Shown: piece by piece, positions 44,647-53,773 of the stretch | Position numbering within the stretch: position 1 is the stretch's first letter | Layout: each line of letters starts with the position of its first letter | From: Candidatus Nomurabacteria bacterium | GTDB lineage: Bacteria; Patescibacteriota; Minisyncoccia; Phycocordibacterales; UBA5272 | DNA: 64,000 bases | NCBI GenBank assembly: GCA_028286645.1 | Contig: JAQBRF010000004.1 | Span: 273,536 to 337,535 of the forward strand | Direction: 5' to 3' | The notes under the pieces: model-generated | What the model saw: the letters and a program-made list of their open reading frames with translations, nothing else | What the model was told of the DNA's origin: nothing | Databases searched by the model: none | Made by a program: the position numbers and the translations under genes

Positions 44647-46927
44647 TCACTAAACTTTCTGCTTCCTTAAACTCAATAGAGAGCAATTTGCTTCCGCCAT
44701 CTACTCCTAAAGTCACTCCGTACAGCATATCGCAATGATTCATCGTTTCTCTATTATGAGTTATAACAAGCAATTTACTTTTTGTTGATAACGCCTTAAG
44801 CATTAATCCATACTTTCTAGCATTCGTCTCATCAAGTGGTGCATCTGTTTCATCTAAAACCATAAACGGCGGAGGAGTAATTGAGCTCATAGCAAAAAGA
44901 AGCGCAATAGAGACTAGTGCGCGCTCACCCCCAGAAAACATAGAAATCTCTCTCACCTTTTTATTCGGCAGAGATACATCTAAATCAATTCCTTGCTCTG
45001 AAACCTCATTCCCCTCTTCATCAATCTTTACAATTTTAACAACAGAAATCTTCGCTTTTCCTCCTGGGAATATTTCACCAAAAAATGTATTAAATACCTG
45101 CGACACTTCTTTAACGCCTGTTCCAAATCTTTCTTCAAGAATTTGAGTAAGATCTTCAATTAAAACTTTTAATTTCTGCTCGCTTTCTTTTATATCTGCT
45201 AATTCAGTAGTTAAATACTGATCTCTTTCGCTTGTGGTTTGATATTCCTTAATTATTTCATCTTTATTCGGTACGCCCGCTTCTTCAATGCGAAGTTTCG
45301 ACCTCTCAATCTGTCTTAAAAGATCCTGTTTTGCAATAGTCCAATATGCCTCGCTTACTACTATTCCGATGTCATCTTTTAATTTCTTATATCTTAAAAT
45401 CTCCGCCCCCACTATCATAGCGCCTTCTTTTAGTAATCCTTCGAAATATTGCTTTCTCATATCTAATTCTCCTTCTTCTTGATGTCTCAAAGCTATAGTA
45501 CTTTCAAGCTCTCGCAATTTGCTTTCAAGATTTAGCTTTTTCTTTTCTTCTTCGTGGCGCGTTTCTAAGTCGCGCTCCCTATGCATATCAATGCTATCAA
45601 TTTTATTTTGGAGTGCTTCGATTTCGTCATTTAACTTTTTTTCTTTTTCTTCGTCTTCTATAATTTCACTTTTTGTATTTTCAATTTTGCTTTTTATTTC
45701 ATTATTAATATGCTCATCATTCTCGTCTTCTTTTTTATAAGTCTGAAAGAAAACTGAAGCTGTGTCGGATAAGTCTTTCGCATGACTTTTAGCTTGCGAA
45801 ACATCTGCCTCATCAAGAGATTTATGAAGAATAGAAAATCCTGTAGTTATTTCTTTTTCGGAGTGAGAAAATTCCTTAAATGGAATACGGATTTCTTCTT
45901 TTTTCTGCTCAGTAGAAAATTGGCTTTCTAAATATAAAAGATCGGACTCTAATCGGCCTAAGGTCTTGGCTATTTGGTCCTTACGAAGAAGAAGAGCTTT
46001 TAATTCTGCTTGATATGTTTGCTTTTCTGATAGGCTGTTGGTTTTAACATCTTCCGGCTTATTTTTAAGAACTTCCAATTCTTTACGGATGGATTCTGTA
46101 ATTAAAATATAAGATTTTGAAGTACCGCTTTCATGAATCTTTTCATGCAGCAGATTTAATTCTTCTTCTTCGCGGTTTAAATACGCGATTAGCAATGAAA
46201 AAAGCTTCTTTCTTTCTTCTTCTTGGGATTCAATCTTTTTTACCTGCCTGCTTAAATGTTCTAAGTGCGGCTTAATTTCTTTTCTAAGCAATTCTACTTC
46301 TGTAACGTTTACTTTTACTCTTTCAAGCTTTCTTTTGCTTTCATTTAGCCTCATGTGATACACCCGAAGCCCTAGAGCGTCTTCAAGCGCTTCTTTTCTA
46401 TCTTTCGGACTTGAAAGCAATATTCTGTCTGCTTCTCCTTGATTTATAATCGTATGAGCACTACCTCCTATCCCAGCAAATGACAATAACTCTTGAACGT
46501 CCTTTAGCCTGACCTTCGCATCGTTTAATAGATAATCACTTGTACCATCTGAATAAATTACACGTGACAATACAAGTTCATCATAAACAAGATATGGGGC
46601 GATATCACCTGACGCTGAATTCGTATCTAAAAATGGTACATCTTGCACTTTCCCGAAACTTTTATCTTTATTATCAATAGTCATCGTAACGGAGGCGCGA
46701 GACATTGGGCCTAAATGTTCAGACCCTTTAAAAATCAAATCTCCTCCGATTTTTCCTCGCATGCTTTTAAGTCCTTGTTCTCCTAATACGAATCTTATTG
46801 CCTCTGCAATGTTTGATTTTCCACTTCCGTTTGGCCCCACCACTCCGGTAATGTCATGAGTAACATCAATAGTTGTCTTCTTGGCAAATGATTTAAAACC
46901 TTGAATTGTAATATGAGAAAGACGCAT
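44642..46927 (-). CDS. smc: SMC-like chromosome segregation ATPase (unusually short, 761 aa)
   Basis: N-terminal MRLSHITIQGFKSF...GPNGSGKSN (Walker A). C-terminal LSGGERALVSIALLFA signature, MVLDETDAPLD Walker B/D-loop and VITHNRETM H-loop. Long coiled coil between them. Confidence 0.7.
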   Translation of the reverse strand: MRLSHITIQGFKSFAKKTTIDVTHDITGVVGPNGSGKSNIAEAIRFVLGEQGLKSMRGKIGGDLIFKGSEHLGPMSRASVTMTIDNKDKSFGKVQDVPFLDTNSASGDIAPYLVYDELVLSRVIYSDGTSDYLLNDAKVRLKDVQELLSFAGIGGSAHTIINQGEADRILLSSPKDRKEALEDALGLRVYHMRLNESKRKLERVKVNVTEVELLRKEIKPHLEHLSRQVKKIESQEEERKKLFSLLIAYLNREEEELNLLHEKIHESGTSKSYILITESIRKELEVLKNKPEDVKTNSLSEKQTYQAELKALLLRKDQIAKTLGRLESDLLYLESQFSTEQKKEEIRIPFKEFSHSEKEITTGFSILHKSLDEADVSQAKSHAKDLSDTASVFFQTYKKEDENDEHINNEIKSKIENTKSEIIEDEEKEKKLNDEIEALQNKIDSIDMHRERDLETRHEEEKKKLNLESKLRELESTIALRHQEEGELDMRKQYFEGLLKEGAMIVGAEILRYKKLKDDIGIVVSEAYWTIAKQDLLRQIERSKLRIEEAGVPNKDEIIKEYQTTSERDQYLTTELADIKESEQKLKVLIEDLTQILEERFGTGVKEVSQVFNTFFGEIFPGGKAKISVVKIVKIDEEGNEVSEQGIDLDVSLPNKKVREISMFSGGERALVSIALLFAMSSITPPPFMVLDETDAPLDETNARKYGLMLKALSTKSKLLVITHNRETMNHCDMLYGVTLGVDGGSKLLSIEFKEAESLVK

Positions 46928-47023
46928 GTGGAATAGCTAATAGCAGTTAGCCTTTAGCTTGTAGCGAAATACAAACTAGAAGAATACTAGAAGTTTATCA
47001 TATTGAGAAGCTTTAAATATCGG

Positions 47024-47473
47024 TTATCCTCGGATTTTCTTTGTTAATAAGAAACAAATATATGCGACTACAGCACCTAGAACGAATCCTCCCACGATGT
47101 CATACCAGAAGTGCACTCCCGCAAGAACTCGGCTAACGCCTATAATAAGAGCAAGAATTAGAAGAATTTTACCCGCTCGTTTATCAAATGAATACATAGC
47201 GAATCCTAAAGCCGCAGAAAATGTGGTGTGTCCTGAGGGGAAGCTGTATGGATCCCTAGGTTCTAAAAGAGTGGTTATTCCCACTGGGCGTGGATGAGCG
47301 ATTAAATCCTTTAAAAAATGGCTGAAGATATAAGCAAGCACTGCTGTTCCAAAAATAATGCAAATGTGCCTAATGTAATGTCTTCTCTCACTTTTAAAAA
47401 TAACATGAAGAAATGCATAAGCCGCTGAGATGTAAATTAAATATACTGCGCAAAAAAATATTATAGTATTCAT
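47024..47473 (-). CDS. PAP2-family phosphatase (undecaprenyl-PP / phosphatidic acid phosphatase-like)
   Basis: KDLIAHPRP...PSGHTTFSA...SRVLAGVHFWYDIVGG, the three PAP2 motifs. Confidence 0.8.
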   Translation of the reverse strand: MNTIIFFCAVYLIYISAAYAFLHVIFKSERRHYIRHICIIFGTAVLAYIFSHFLKDLIAHPRPVGITTLLEPRDPYSFPSGHTTFSAALGFAMYSFDKRAGKILLILALIIGVSRVLAGVHFWYDIVGGFVLGAVVAYICFLLTKKIRG

Positions 47474-47484
47474 AAATTTATTAA

Positions 47485-48048
47485 TTAATCTGTTTCATAA
47501 GAAAAATATAACACGACTAAGCCGAAAATAACAGTAATAGGAATCATGGCTGCCTTAAATTGAAACCAATCATGCAGCCCTCCTGTTCTCCTGATATATT
47601 CATTTCCTGCTGCCGCAAAAAGCATAAATATTGCCCAAGCGTATGTCATTTTTTCCCAAGCCTTAGTAGACATTGGGAGAATATTATGAAAAGCCATTTT
47701 CAAAAAATTAACATTCCCTATTAAGCCTCCGACTAATATAAAAGAAAAAGCTATATCATAAAGCGTATCTCTAATTTGTATAAACTTAGGTTGATGCCCC
47801 ACAATTGTTAGAGATCCGAATATAATAGTAAGAAGAGCTACGAAAAGGGCTACATAAGGAAGGCGTTTCTGATGGGTATAAGTAATAATAGTACTAATTA
47901 TAGTTGCCACCATCAAAAGCATGGTTGCTTGATAGACATGAAAGCGATTAAAAGAAAATAAAAAAACAAAGATTGGACCAAACTCTAGAATTGCTGCGAT
48001 ACCCACCTTTTTAAATATGGCTGGAGAAAATAGTGGAAATTTTTTCAT
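47485..48048 (-). CDS. polytopic inner-membrane protein (possibly YciB/intracellular septation protein A family)
   Basis: 187 aa, 5 TM helices. Assignment is by size and topology only. Confidence 0.35.
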   Translation of the reverse strand: MKKFPLFSPAIFKKVGIAAILEFGPIFVFLFSFNRFHVYQATMLLMVATIISTIITYTHQKRLPYVALFVALLTIIFGSLTIVGHQPKFIQIRDTLYDIAFSFILVGGLIGNVNFLKMAFHNILPMSTKAWEKMTYAWAIFMLFAAAGNEYIRRTGGLHDWFQFKAAMIPITVIFGLVVLYFSYETD

Positions 48049-48087
48049 GATATACTTTCCTAGTATAAACTATAAAAACTTAAATCA

Positions 48088-48807
48088 ATGAAATCTATCA
48101 GACATTTTTTTTCTAAAACTTCCAGCATCTCTACTTCCTCATCGATTTTACTTGGATCGCTTCTCATAGCATTGAGCATAGTAGTACACGGTTTTATAGT
48201 AATTCACTCGCAACCCAAAGTCGCTGTTCCGGCCTTTACCGGAAGATCAATAGACAAAACAGACCATGTAGAGGGGAGTAAAAACAGTGATGTAATTGTA
48301 ATGGAATACTCAGACCCAGAATGTCCATTTTGCGTAACTCTTTATCCAACCCTTAAACAAATTAGAAACCAATACGAAGATAAAGTGGCTTTTGTATACA
48401 GACACTTTCCTTTAACCCAAATACATCCCCACGCTTTTGATGAAGCAAGAGCCATAAGCTGCGCAGGACAAATAGGCGGAGAGAAGAAGTTTTTTGAATA
48501 TATGGATGCGCTATTTGGATATAAATCTAATAATCAGACTACTGAACTTCCTTCCACTGGAAAAGAAGACTTGGCAAAAGGAGCTGGAATTGATGTAAAC
48601 GCTTTTAATCAATGCATGCAATCCTCCGGTTCGGTAGACGCCATGAATGCAAGCATCACAGACGGAGTAAATGCTGGAGTTGAAGGAACACCTACAACGT
48701 TTATTTTGAAGAAAAATGGCTCAAATTATGATGTGATTGCATCCATTAGCGGAGCACAATCTGCTGCATATTTCACAGCAGCAATCGAAGAAGCATTGAA
48801 GAACTAG
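48088..48807 (+). CDS. DsbA-like thiol:disulfide oxidoreductase, membrane-anchored
   Basis: TM anchor and SDPECPFC (CPxC thioredoxin active site). Confidence 0.75.
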   Translation: MKSIRHFFSKTSSISTSSSILLGSLLIALSIVVHGFIVIHSQPKVAVPAFTGRSIDKTDHVEGSKNSDVIVMEYSDPECPFCVTLYPTLKQIRNQYEDKVAFVYRHFPLTQIHPHAFDEARAISCAGQIGGEKKFFEYMDALFGYKSNNQTTELPSTGKEDLAKGAGIDVNAFNQCMQSSGSVDAMNASITDGVNAGVEGTPTTFILKKNGSNYDVIASISGAQSAAYFTAAIEEALKN

Positions 48808-48811
48808 ATGG

Positions 48812-49056
48812 TAGACATTAGATTTTAGACTTTAGATCATACAAAAAGTTCCTAGTTCCTAGTTTTAAGAAAATAAAGCTCCCGAGAAGCTGAGCTCCTC
48901 GGGAGGGTCGTCACGAGTCCGAAGACCATACCTTTTCAGGTAGTTAATGAAGGACGAAACTTCATTAATCGTTATACATATAGCATAGCAAATCTACAGG
49001 ATTTGTCAAGCCCCTAATAAATCTACTTATTTTATTGTGTTTAATCTAAAATCTGA
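48812..49056. mobile_element. MITE-like ~245-bp element with 19-bp imperfect terminal inverted repeats (GTAGACATTAGATTTTAGA / TCTAAAATCTGATGTCTAC) and two internal hairpins
   Basis: The TIRs are reverse complements with one mismatch. Internal CTCCCGAG-(10 nt)-CTCGGGAG and TTAATGAAG-gacgaaa-CTTCATTAA stems. It fills the convergent dsbA-bcp intergenic region. Confidence 0.45.
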
Positions 49057-49062
49057 TGTCTA

Positions 49063-49518
49063 CTATCTAACATCTGTTCGCACTTCTTCTGCATGCTCCT
49101 TTGCCTTCACATCTTCATATATCTTCTCTAGATTCCCCTCTTCATTTATTAAAAAACTTTTTCTAAGGACACCTTCGTATTCCTTGCCCATAAATTTCTT
49201 TTTGCCCCACGCCTCATATGCATTAATCACATCTTTGAATTCATCAGATAAAAGAGGAAACTGCAAATTAAATTTTTCAGCAAACTTCTTGTGGCTCTTC
49301 ACAGAGTCCGCACTCACTCCTAATATTACTAATCCCATTTTTTCGAATTCCTGGTACCCATCACGGAAGTTGCATGCTTCTGTTGTACATCCTGGAGTAT
49401 CATCTTTCGGATAAAAATAAAGCAAAACCTGTTTACCTTTATAACTTTCTAAACTATGAATCTTGCCGTCTTGATCTGGTAATGAAAATTCCGGTGCTTT
49501 TTGTCCTATTTTTAACAT
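49063..49518 (-). CDS. bcp: thiol peroxidase Bcp (peroxiredoxin)
   Basis: FYPKDDTPGCTTEAC peroxidatic Cys motif. Confidence 0.85.
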   Translation of the reverse strand: MLKIGQKAPEFSLPDQDGKIHSLESYKGKQVLLYFYPKDDTPGCTTEACNFRDGYQEFEKMGLVILGVSADSVKSHKKFAEKFNLQFPLLSDEFKDVINAYEAWGKKKFMGKEYEGVLRKSFLINEEGNLEKIYEDVKAKEHAEEVRTDVR

Positions 49519-49611
49519 ATATAAATTATAGTATTAGTTATTGGTAATTAATTACAATTGTAACCTTTTGACGCAATTTTCTCTACTAATTTTGACCACC
49601 CATCTCTTCCC

Positions 49612-50040
49612 TTATGCACAAGATTTACATAACCCATAAATTTCCATTGAATGAGTTGTAGTTCTTTTAAACTTTTTACTCTTCTTAAGCATTTTCTTTA
49701 CTGTGTCATCAATAGAAATGCCGTCTATCTTTTCTATAGTCTCGCAATTATTGCATACCAGCTGATGTGATGGTCGTCCTGTCTCAAACTCATAGTGCGC
49801 ATGCCCATGATTAAAATCTGATCTTTTAATAAGCCCTGCCTCCTGCAAGGAAGTAAGATTTCTGTACACTGTAGCCTGATCAATCCCTTCTTTTTTTCTG
49901 AGAGAGTCAATCATTTCATATACTGTTACGGGTGCGCGCTGTTTTACCAAGAACGAAAGAACCGATGTTCTGTGATGAGTGACTCTTAGCCCAGCCTCCT
50001 GCAAAAGGGTAATAATATCTTCTTTTGAATATATAGCCAT
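49612..50040 (-). CDS. Fur-family transcriptional regulator (likely Zur, given the adjacent ZIP transporter)
   Basis: HHHLVCNNCETIEKIDG...CKSC (metal sites) and an N-terminal wHTH. Confidence 0.8.
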   Translation of the reverse strand: MAIYSKEDIITLLQEAGLRVTHHRTSVLSFLVKQRAPVTVYEMIDSLRKKEGIDQATVYRNLTSLQEAGLIKRSDFNHGHAHYEFETGRPSHQLVCNNCETIEKIDGISIDDTVKKMLKKSKKFKRTTTHSMEIYGLCKSCA

Positions 50041-50103
50041 AAAGATATATTATCACCTGAAAAGTTTCTTGCAAATAACTCGCGTTTTTATTAGAATATA
50101 AAA

Positions 50104-50847
50104 ATGATACATATCTCACCTTTTGTTCTATTTGTTACATTAACCGCCCTGTCCACTTTTATTGGAGGAATCGTAGCGTTTAAGTTAAAAACGCGCTTAA
50201 ATCTACTCCTCGGTTTTACTGCTGGAGTTATTTTGTCCGTTGTAGCTTTTGATCTGCTTCCAGAGATAAGCAATCTCGCCACATCTTTAAATATAAGTCT
50301 TCAAAATGCATTTGTGCCTTTAGTAATAGGATTTTTAATATTCCACGTGATAGAAAAGTACATTCAGATTCATATCGCGTGTGAAGATAATTATGGCCAT
50401 CATAGGCACCCCACCTTAGGAGTAGGATCCGCGCTGGCACTAATAGGCCATTCGTTACTAGATGGAATTGGAATAGGACTCGCCTTTCATATTTCTAATA
50501 CGACTGGTATTGCGGTCGCTTTTGCAGTCCTTGCGCATGATTTCTCAGACGGAATAAATACCGTTTCGCTTATGCTGTCCCATAAAAACACTAGGGCGAA
50601 AGCATTTGGATTTTTAATTCTTGATTCATTGGCTCCTATTATTGGTGCGGTTTCTACTTTATTTTTCACTCTTCCTGATAAATATGGAATTATTTATTTA
50701 GGCCTTTTTGCTGGATTTCTTCTTTATATTAGTACGTCCGACATTTTACCCGAAGCACACAGCGAGAAAAGTTCATGGGTTACGGTATTTATGACAGTCT
50801 TTGGTGCTGGAATTATGTATTTTATATTACAGTTTATTACTTTATAA
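50104..50847 (+). CDS. ZIP-family divalent metal transporter (ZupT-like)
   Basis: 8 TM helices. GHSLLDGIGIG and HDFSDGI metal-binding motifs. Confidence 0.85.
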   Translation: MIHISPFVLFVTLTALSTFIGGIVAFKLKTRLNLLLGFTAGVILSVVAFDLLPEISNLATSLNISLQNAFVPLVIGFLIFHVIEKYIQIHIACEDNYGHHRHPTLGVGSALALIGHSLLDGIGIGLAFHISNTTGIAVAFAVLAHDFSDGINTVSLMLSHKNTRAKAFGFLILDSLAPIIGAVSTLFFTLPDKYGIIYLGLFAGFLLYISTSDILPEAHSEKSSWVTVFMTVFGAGIMYFILQFITL

Positions 50848-51889
50848 TTCCTCCTCCTATACAAATACTTTCCTTGTATAAAACAAGAGACTGTCCCGGC
50901 GTTTCTCCTAAATCTCCATCAAGCACTTTAAATGTATTTTTGTTAATTACTTCTACTTTAGCCAGAGGCGCTCTATATCTTGCTCTTGCTTCATAGACTT
51001 CCCCCTTTTTAACAGACTTAGTAAAGTGCACATCTTCCACATAAATTATATTTTCACTCTTTATTCTCTTGCCAGAGGAAACAATAATTGAGTTTGTCGC
51101 CATATCTTTACCTATGACAAAGTATGGTTTATCCTCCGTAGTTTTTTTAGTAATAGTAAATCCATGCCTTTCGCCAATAGTGTAAAATATGGCTCCATTA
51201 TGATGCCCAATTATTTCACCTTCCTCATTCTTTACATCCCCTTTCTTTTCTTCAATATAATTTTTAAGAAGTGTTTTTAGATCAATATTACCCACAAAGC
51301 ATAACCCCTGGCTGTCTTTTTTCTTAGAAACAGAAAGATTTACCTTTTCAGCGTAAGCTCTCACTTCCTCCTTTGTCATTCCTCCAACCGGGAATAATAC
51401 ATTCTTTAAAACCTCTGATGTAAGCGTCCAGAGGAAATATGTTTGATCTTTATTGCCATCAGCACTCTTTGCTAAATGCATTCCGCTTTCATCCTGGACA
51501 ATTTGCGAGTAATGACCAGTAGCAATATAATCCGCTCCTTCGGCCTTCGCCCAATCTAAAAATGCACCAAATTTTACCTGCTTATTGCACATGACATCTG
51601 GATTCGGAGTTCTCCCGGCTTTGTATTCCGAAATCATATAATCAATCACACCATTTTTATATTCTTTTTCTAAATCAAGAGTAATAAAAGGTATTTCTAA
51701 CATACCAGCTACCCTCATCGCGTCTAATCTATCTTCTTTCCATGTACACTCGATAAAATCTGGCTGCCACACCTTGATAAATACACCTGTTACATCATAT
51801 CCCTGCTCCTTAAGAAGAGCGGCTGAAACAGACGAATCTACTCCGCCTGACATTCCTACATATACTTTCTTTCTAATACCATTATTCAT
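50837..51889 (-). CDS. mnmA: tRNA-specific 2-thiouridylase MnmA
   Basis: VGMSGGVDSSVSA PP-loop and the GHYSQI and CNKQVKFGAF motifs. Confidence 0.9.
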   Translation of the reverse strand: MNNGIRKKVYVGMSGGVDSSVSAALLKEQGYDVTGVFIKVWQPDFIECTWKEDRLDAMRVAGMLEIPFITLDLEKEYKNGVIDYMISEYKAGRTPNPDVMCNKQVKFGAFLDWAKAEGADYIATGHYSQIVQDESGMHLAKSADGNKDQTYFLWTLTSEVLKNVLFPVGGMTKEEVRAYAEKVNLSVSKKKDSQGLCFVGNIDLKTLLKNYIEEKKGDVKNEEGEIIGHHNGAIFYTIGERHGFTITKKTTEDKPYFVIGKDMATNSIIVSSGKRIKSENIIYVEDVHFTKSVKKGEVYEARARYRAPLAKVEVINKNTFKVLDGDLGETPGQSLVLYKESICIGGGIIK

Positions 51890-51990
51890 TTCACTACTCT
51901 ACCATAAATATCAATTCTTCTAAGAGCCATATTTACAAATCATCTTAGTGGGTATAGGATTAAATAAAGACTTTCAACGTGGAGGGAATC

Positions 51991-52284
51991 ATGAAAACTT
52001 GCTCATTTGCAATACTGGTGGCCGTACTCCTTTCTGTCTCCCCAAGCGCTTCGGCACAACATCGCGGGTTTCGTCATGGCGGCCCTCCGGTGGTTTTTTC
52101 AGTCCCAGGTCCGGTTTATTATGGGCCTCCTGTATATATAGCTCCCGCGCCGGTTTACTACGGTCCGCCCATCTACATGGCTCCGCCCCCCAGGAGACAA
52201 TATATTGAAATTGCACCCGTTTGCCGAGATGTATACATCGGTACAGATCAGTGGGGGAAAGATCACTTCGATCACAGCTGCTGA
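51991..52284 (+). CDS. secreted Pro/Tyr-rich small protein, GC-rich ORFan cassette L
   Basis: RBS GGAGGG lies 5 nt before ATG 51991. Signal peptide MKTCSFAILVAVLLSVSPSASA. Repeats PVYYGPPVYIAPAPVYYGPPIYMAPPP. Own terminator. Confidence 0.5.
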   Translation: MKTCSFAILVAVLLSVSPSASAQHRGFRHGGPPVVFSVPGPVYYGPPVYIAPAPVYYGPPIYMAPPPRRQYIEIAPVCRDVYIGTDQWGKDHFDHSC

Positions 52285-52297
52285 ATCTTTGTGGCTG

Positions 52298-52329
52298 GGG
52301 TGCGCTTAATGCGCACCCATTATTTTTTT
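52298..52329 (+). terminator. intrinsic terminator (GGGTGCGC-ttaat-GCGCACCC followed by T7)
   Basis: Perfect 8-bp stem. The loop overlaps the stop codon of the convergent dnaQ-like gene. Confidence 0.7.
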
Positions 52330-52860
52330 ATACACTTCTACTAGCGCTCTTGTATCCGCTAAAGCTGTATGGGCTTTCGTATTTTCTACTTTTAATAACT
52401 CACAAAGTGCTCGAAGTGAAAATTTATCAGCCTGAGGAGCATCATAAAGTCTGGCAAGGGCCATTGAGATGGTGTCAAGCTTTCCATAGTGCATCTTATT
52501 TTCTACTCCTGTTTCTTCAAATGCCTTTGAAACGAAAGCATAATCAAACACAATATTATGGGACACGAAAATTGCTCCTTGAGTTTTTTTAGCAAATTCT
52601 TCCATGGCTTTTTTCCGGTCAACTGCAAACATCCAATCAACTTCATTGTACCCATTGATTCGCAATGCCTCATCTTCAGCAGTTTCTATATGCTGGGGTT
52701 TTATTTTCCACTCGGCTTCTTCTATTATTTCTAACCGTGGGCCTTTTCCTTCACGCTCTACTTGCTTGGCGATTATTACCGCAAGTTCTATGATTTCATG
52801 TTTATTTGGATCGGTCCCCGTTGTTTCTGTGTCTATAAAGGCGAGATTATGTACTTTCAT
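52306..52860 (-). CDS. DnaQ-like 3'-5' exonuclease (DEDDh, Pol III epsilon-like)
   Basis: Exo I FIDTETTG, Exo II VSHNIVFDYAFV, Exo III HTALADT. Confidence 0.75.
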   Translation of the reverse strand: MKVHNLAFIDTETTGTDPNKHEIIELAVIIAKQVEREGKGPRLEIIEEAEWKIKPQHIETAEDEALRINGYNEVDWMFAVDRKKAMEEFAKKTQGAIFVSHNIVFDYAFVSKAFEETGVENKMHYGKLDTISMALARLYDAPQADKFSLRALCELLKVENTKAHTALADTRALVEVYKKIMGAH

Positions 52861-52866
52861 TCCGGA

Positions 52867-53769
52867 TTATTTTAAATACTTTTTAATGTTGTTTTTATGC
52901 TCAGCGAATGTCTTCGAGTAATACATTGTACCATCCGGACCCGTTAAATAATAAAGGTAGCTTGTATGCTCAGGGTTAAATACAGCCTGTATCGAATTAA
53001 GTCCAGGATTATTAATTGGGACAAATGAAAGTCCGGTTTTAGCATATGTTTCCATTGCAACATCAACTTGCAATCTCATATTCTTCTTTAATCTTTGCAA
53101 CAGGATACCAGCCACGATTTGCATATCTACTTCGGTCTTAGCCTCACCTTCTAATATCGCAGCTAAATTTATAACGTCATCTCGATTTTTTAATGGTGCA
53201 GGTATGGTAGAAGTAGCGAACATTTCAGAATACTTCTTTTCAAATGTGGAATTCATTATTTCAATAGCCCTATCTTCAGTGGTAGATGGCAGCAAATAAT
53301 ATGTTGAGGGGAATAGCTTTCCATCTAATTTCTTTTCCGAGACCTTTTCGCCAAAAATATCTACTGAGAAATTCAGTAGTTTCTTTTTTATTATCTCGGC
53401 TATCTCAAAGGTGGTGCTGCCTTCAGGAATAGTTATGCTTACAAGCGGTACATCCGGATTATCATAAGCCATTTTCTTAACCACTTCATACAGAGGAAGG
53501 GGTCTGTCGAAAGTATATCCGCCTAATTGGATGTGCTTATCACGGCCTAAAACAGACACCAGTACCCTAAATCCGAGAGCAGACTTTATATATCCTTCAT
53601 ATTCCAATCTGCTGCTTAAACTAGATAAACTCTCCCCTTCTTCCACCGTGAAGACTGTTCCTGCTTTAAATTGTTTAGATGGCTTAGATAGAGAAAATAC
53701 ATACAATAAAGCGCCAACTAAAATAATTATAATAAATAAAATTGCAAATAAAGACTTTCCTCTAATCAT
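52867..53769 (-). CDS. mltG: endolytic murein transglycosylase MltG (YceG-like)
   Basis: N-terminal TM. YceG-like domain (GYTFDRPLPLYEVVKKM ... LQVDVA). 300 aa. Confidence 0.75.
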   Translation of the reverse strand: MIRGKSLFAILFIIIILVGALLYVFSLSKPSKQFKAGTVFTVEEGESLSSLSSRLEYEGYIKSALGFRVLVSVLGRDKHIQLGGYTFDRPLPLYEVVKKMAYDNPDVPLVSITIPEGSTTFEIAEIIKKKLLNFSVDIFGEKVSEKKLDGKLFPSTYYLLPSTTEDRAIEIMNSTFEKKYSEMFATSTIPAPLKNRDDVINLAAILEGEAKTEVDMQIVAGILLQRLKKNMRLQVDVAMETYAKTGLSFVPINNPGLNSIQAVFNPEHTSYLYYLTGPDGTMYYSKTFAEHKNNIKKYLK

Positions 53770-53773
53770 GGGA

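Noticed and set aside
434-52330. Assembly chimera or contamination as the explanation for the GC-rich islands
   Set aside because: The islands are only 0.2-0.6 kb each. They number at least 13. They are flanked on both sides by native AT-rich genes within a few bp, sometimes with the terminator loop overlapping the native stop codon. A chimeric contig would give one or two large blocks, not many gene-sized inserts. Read-level confirmation is still recommended.
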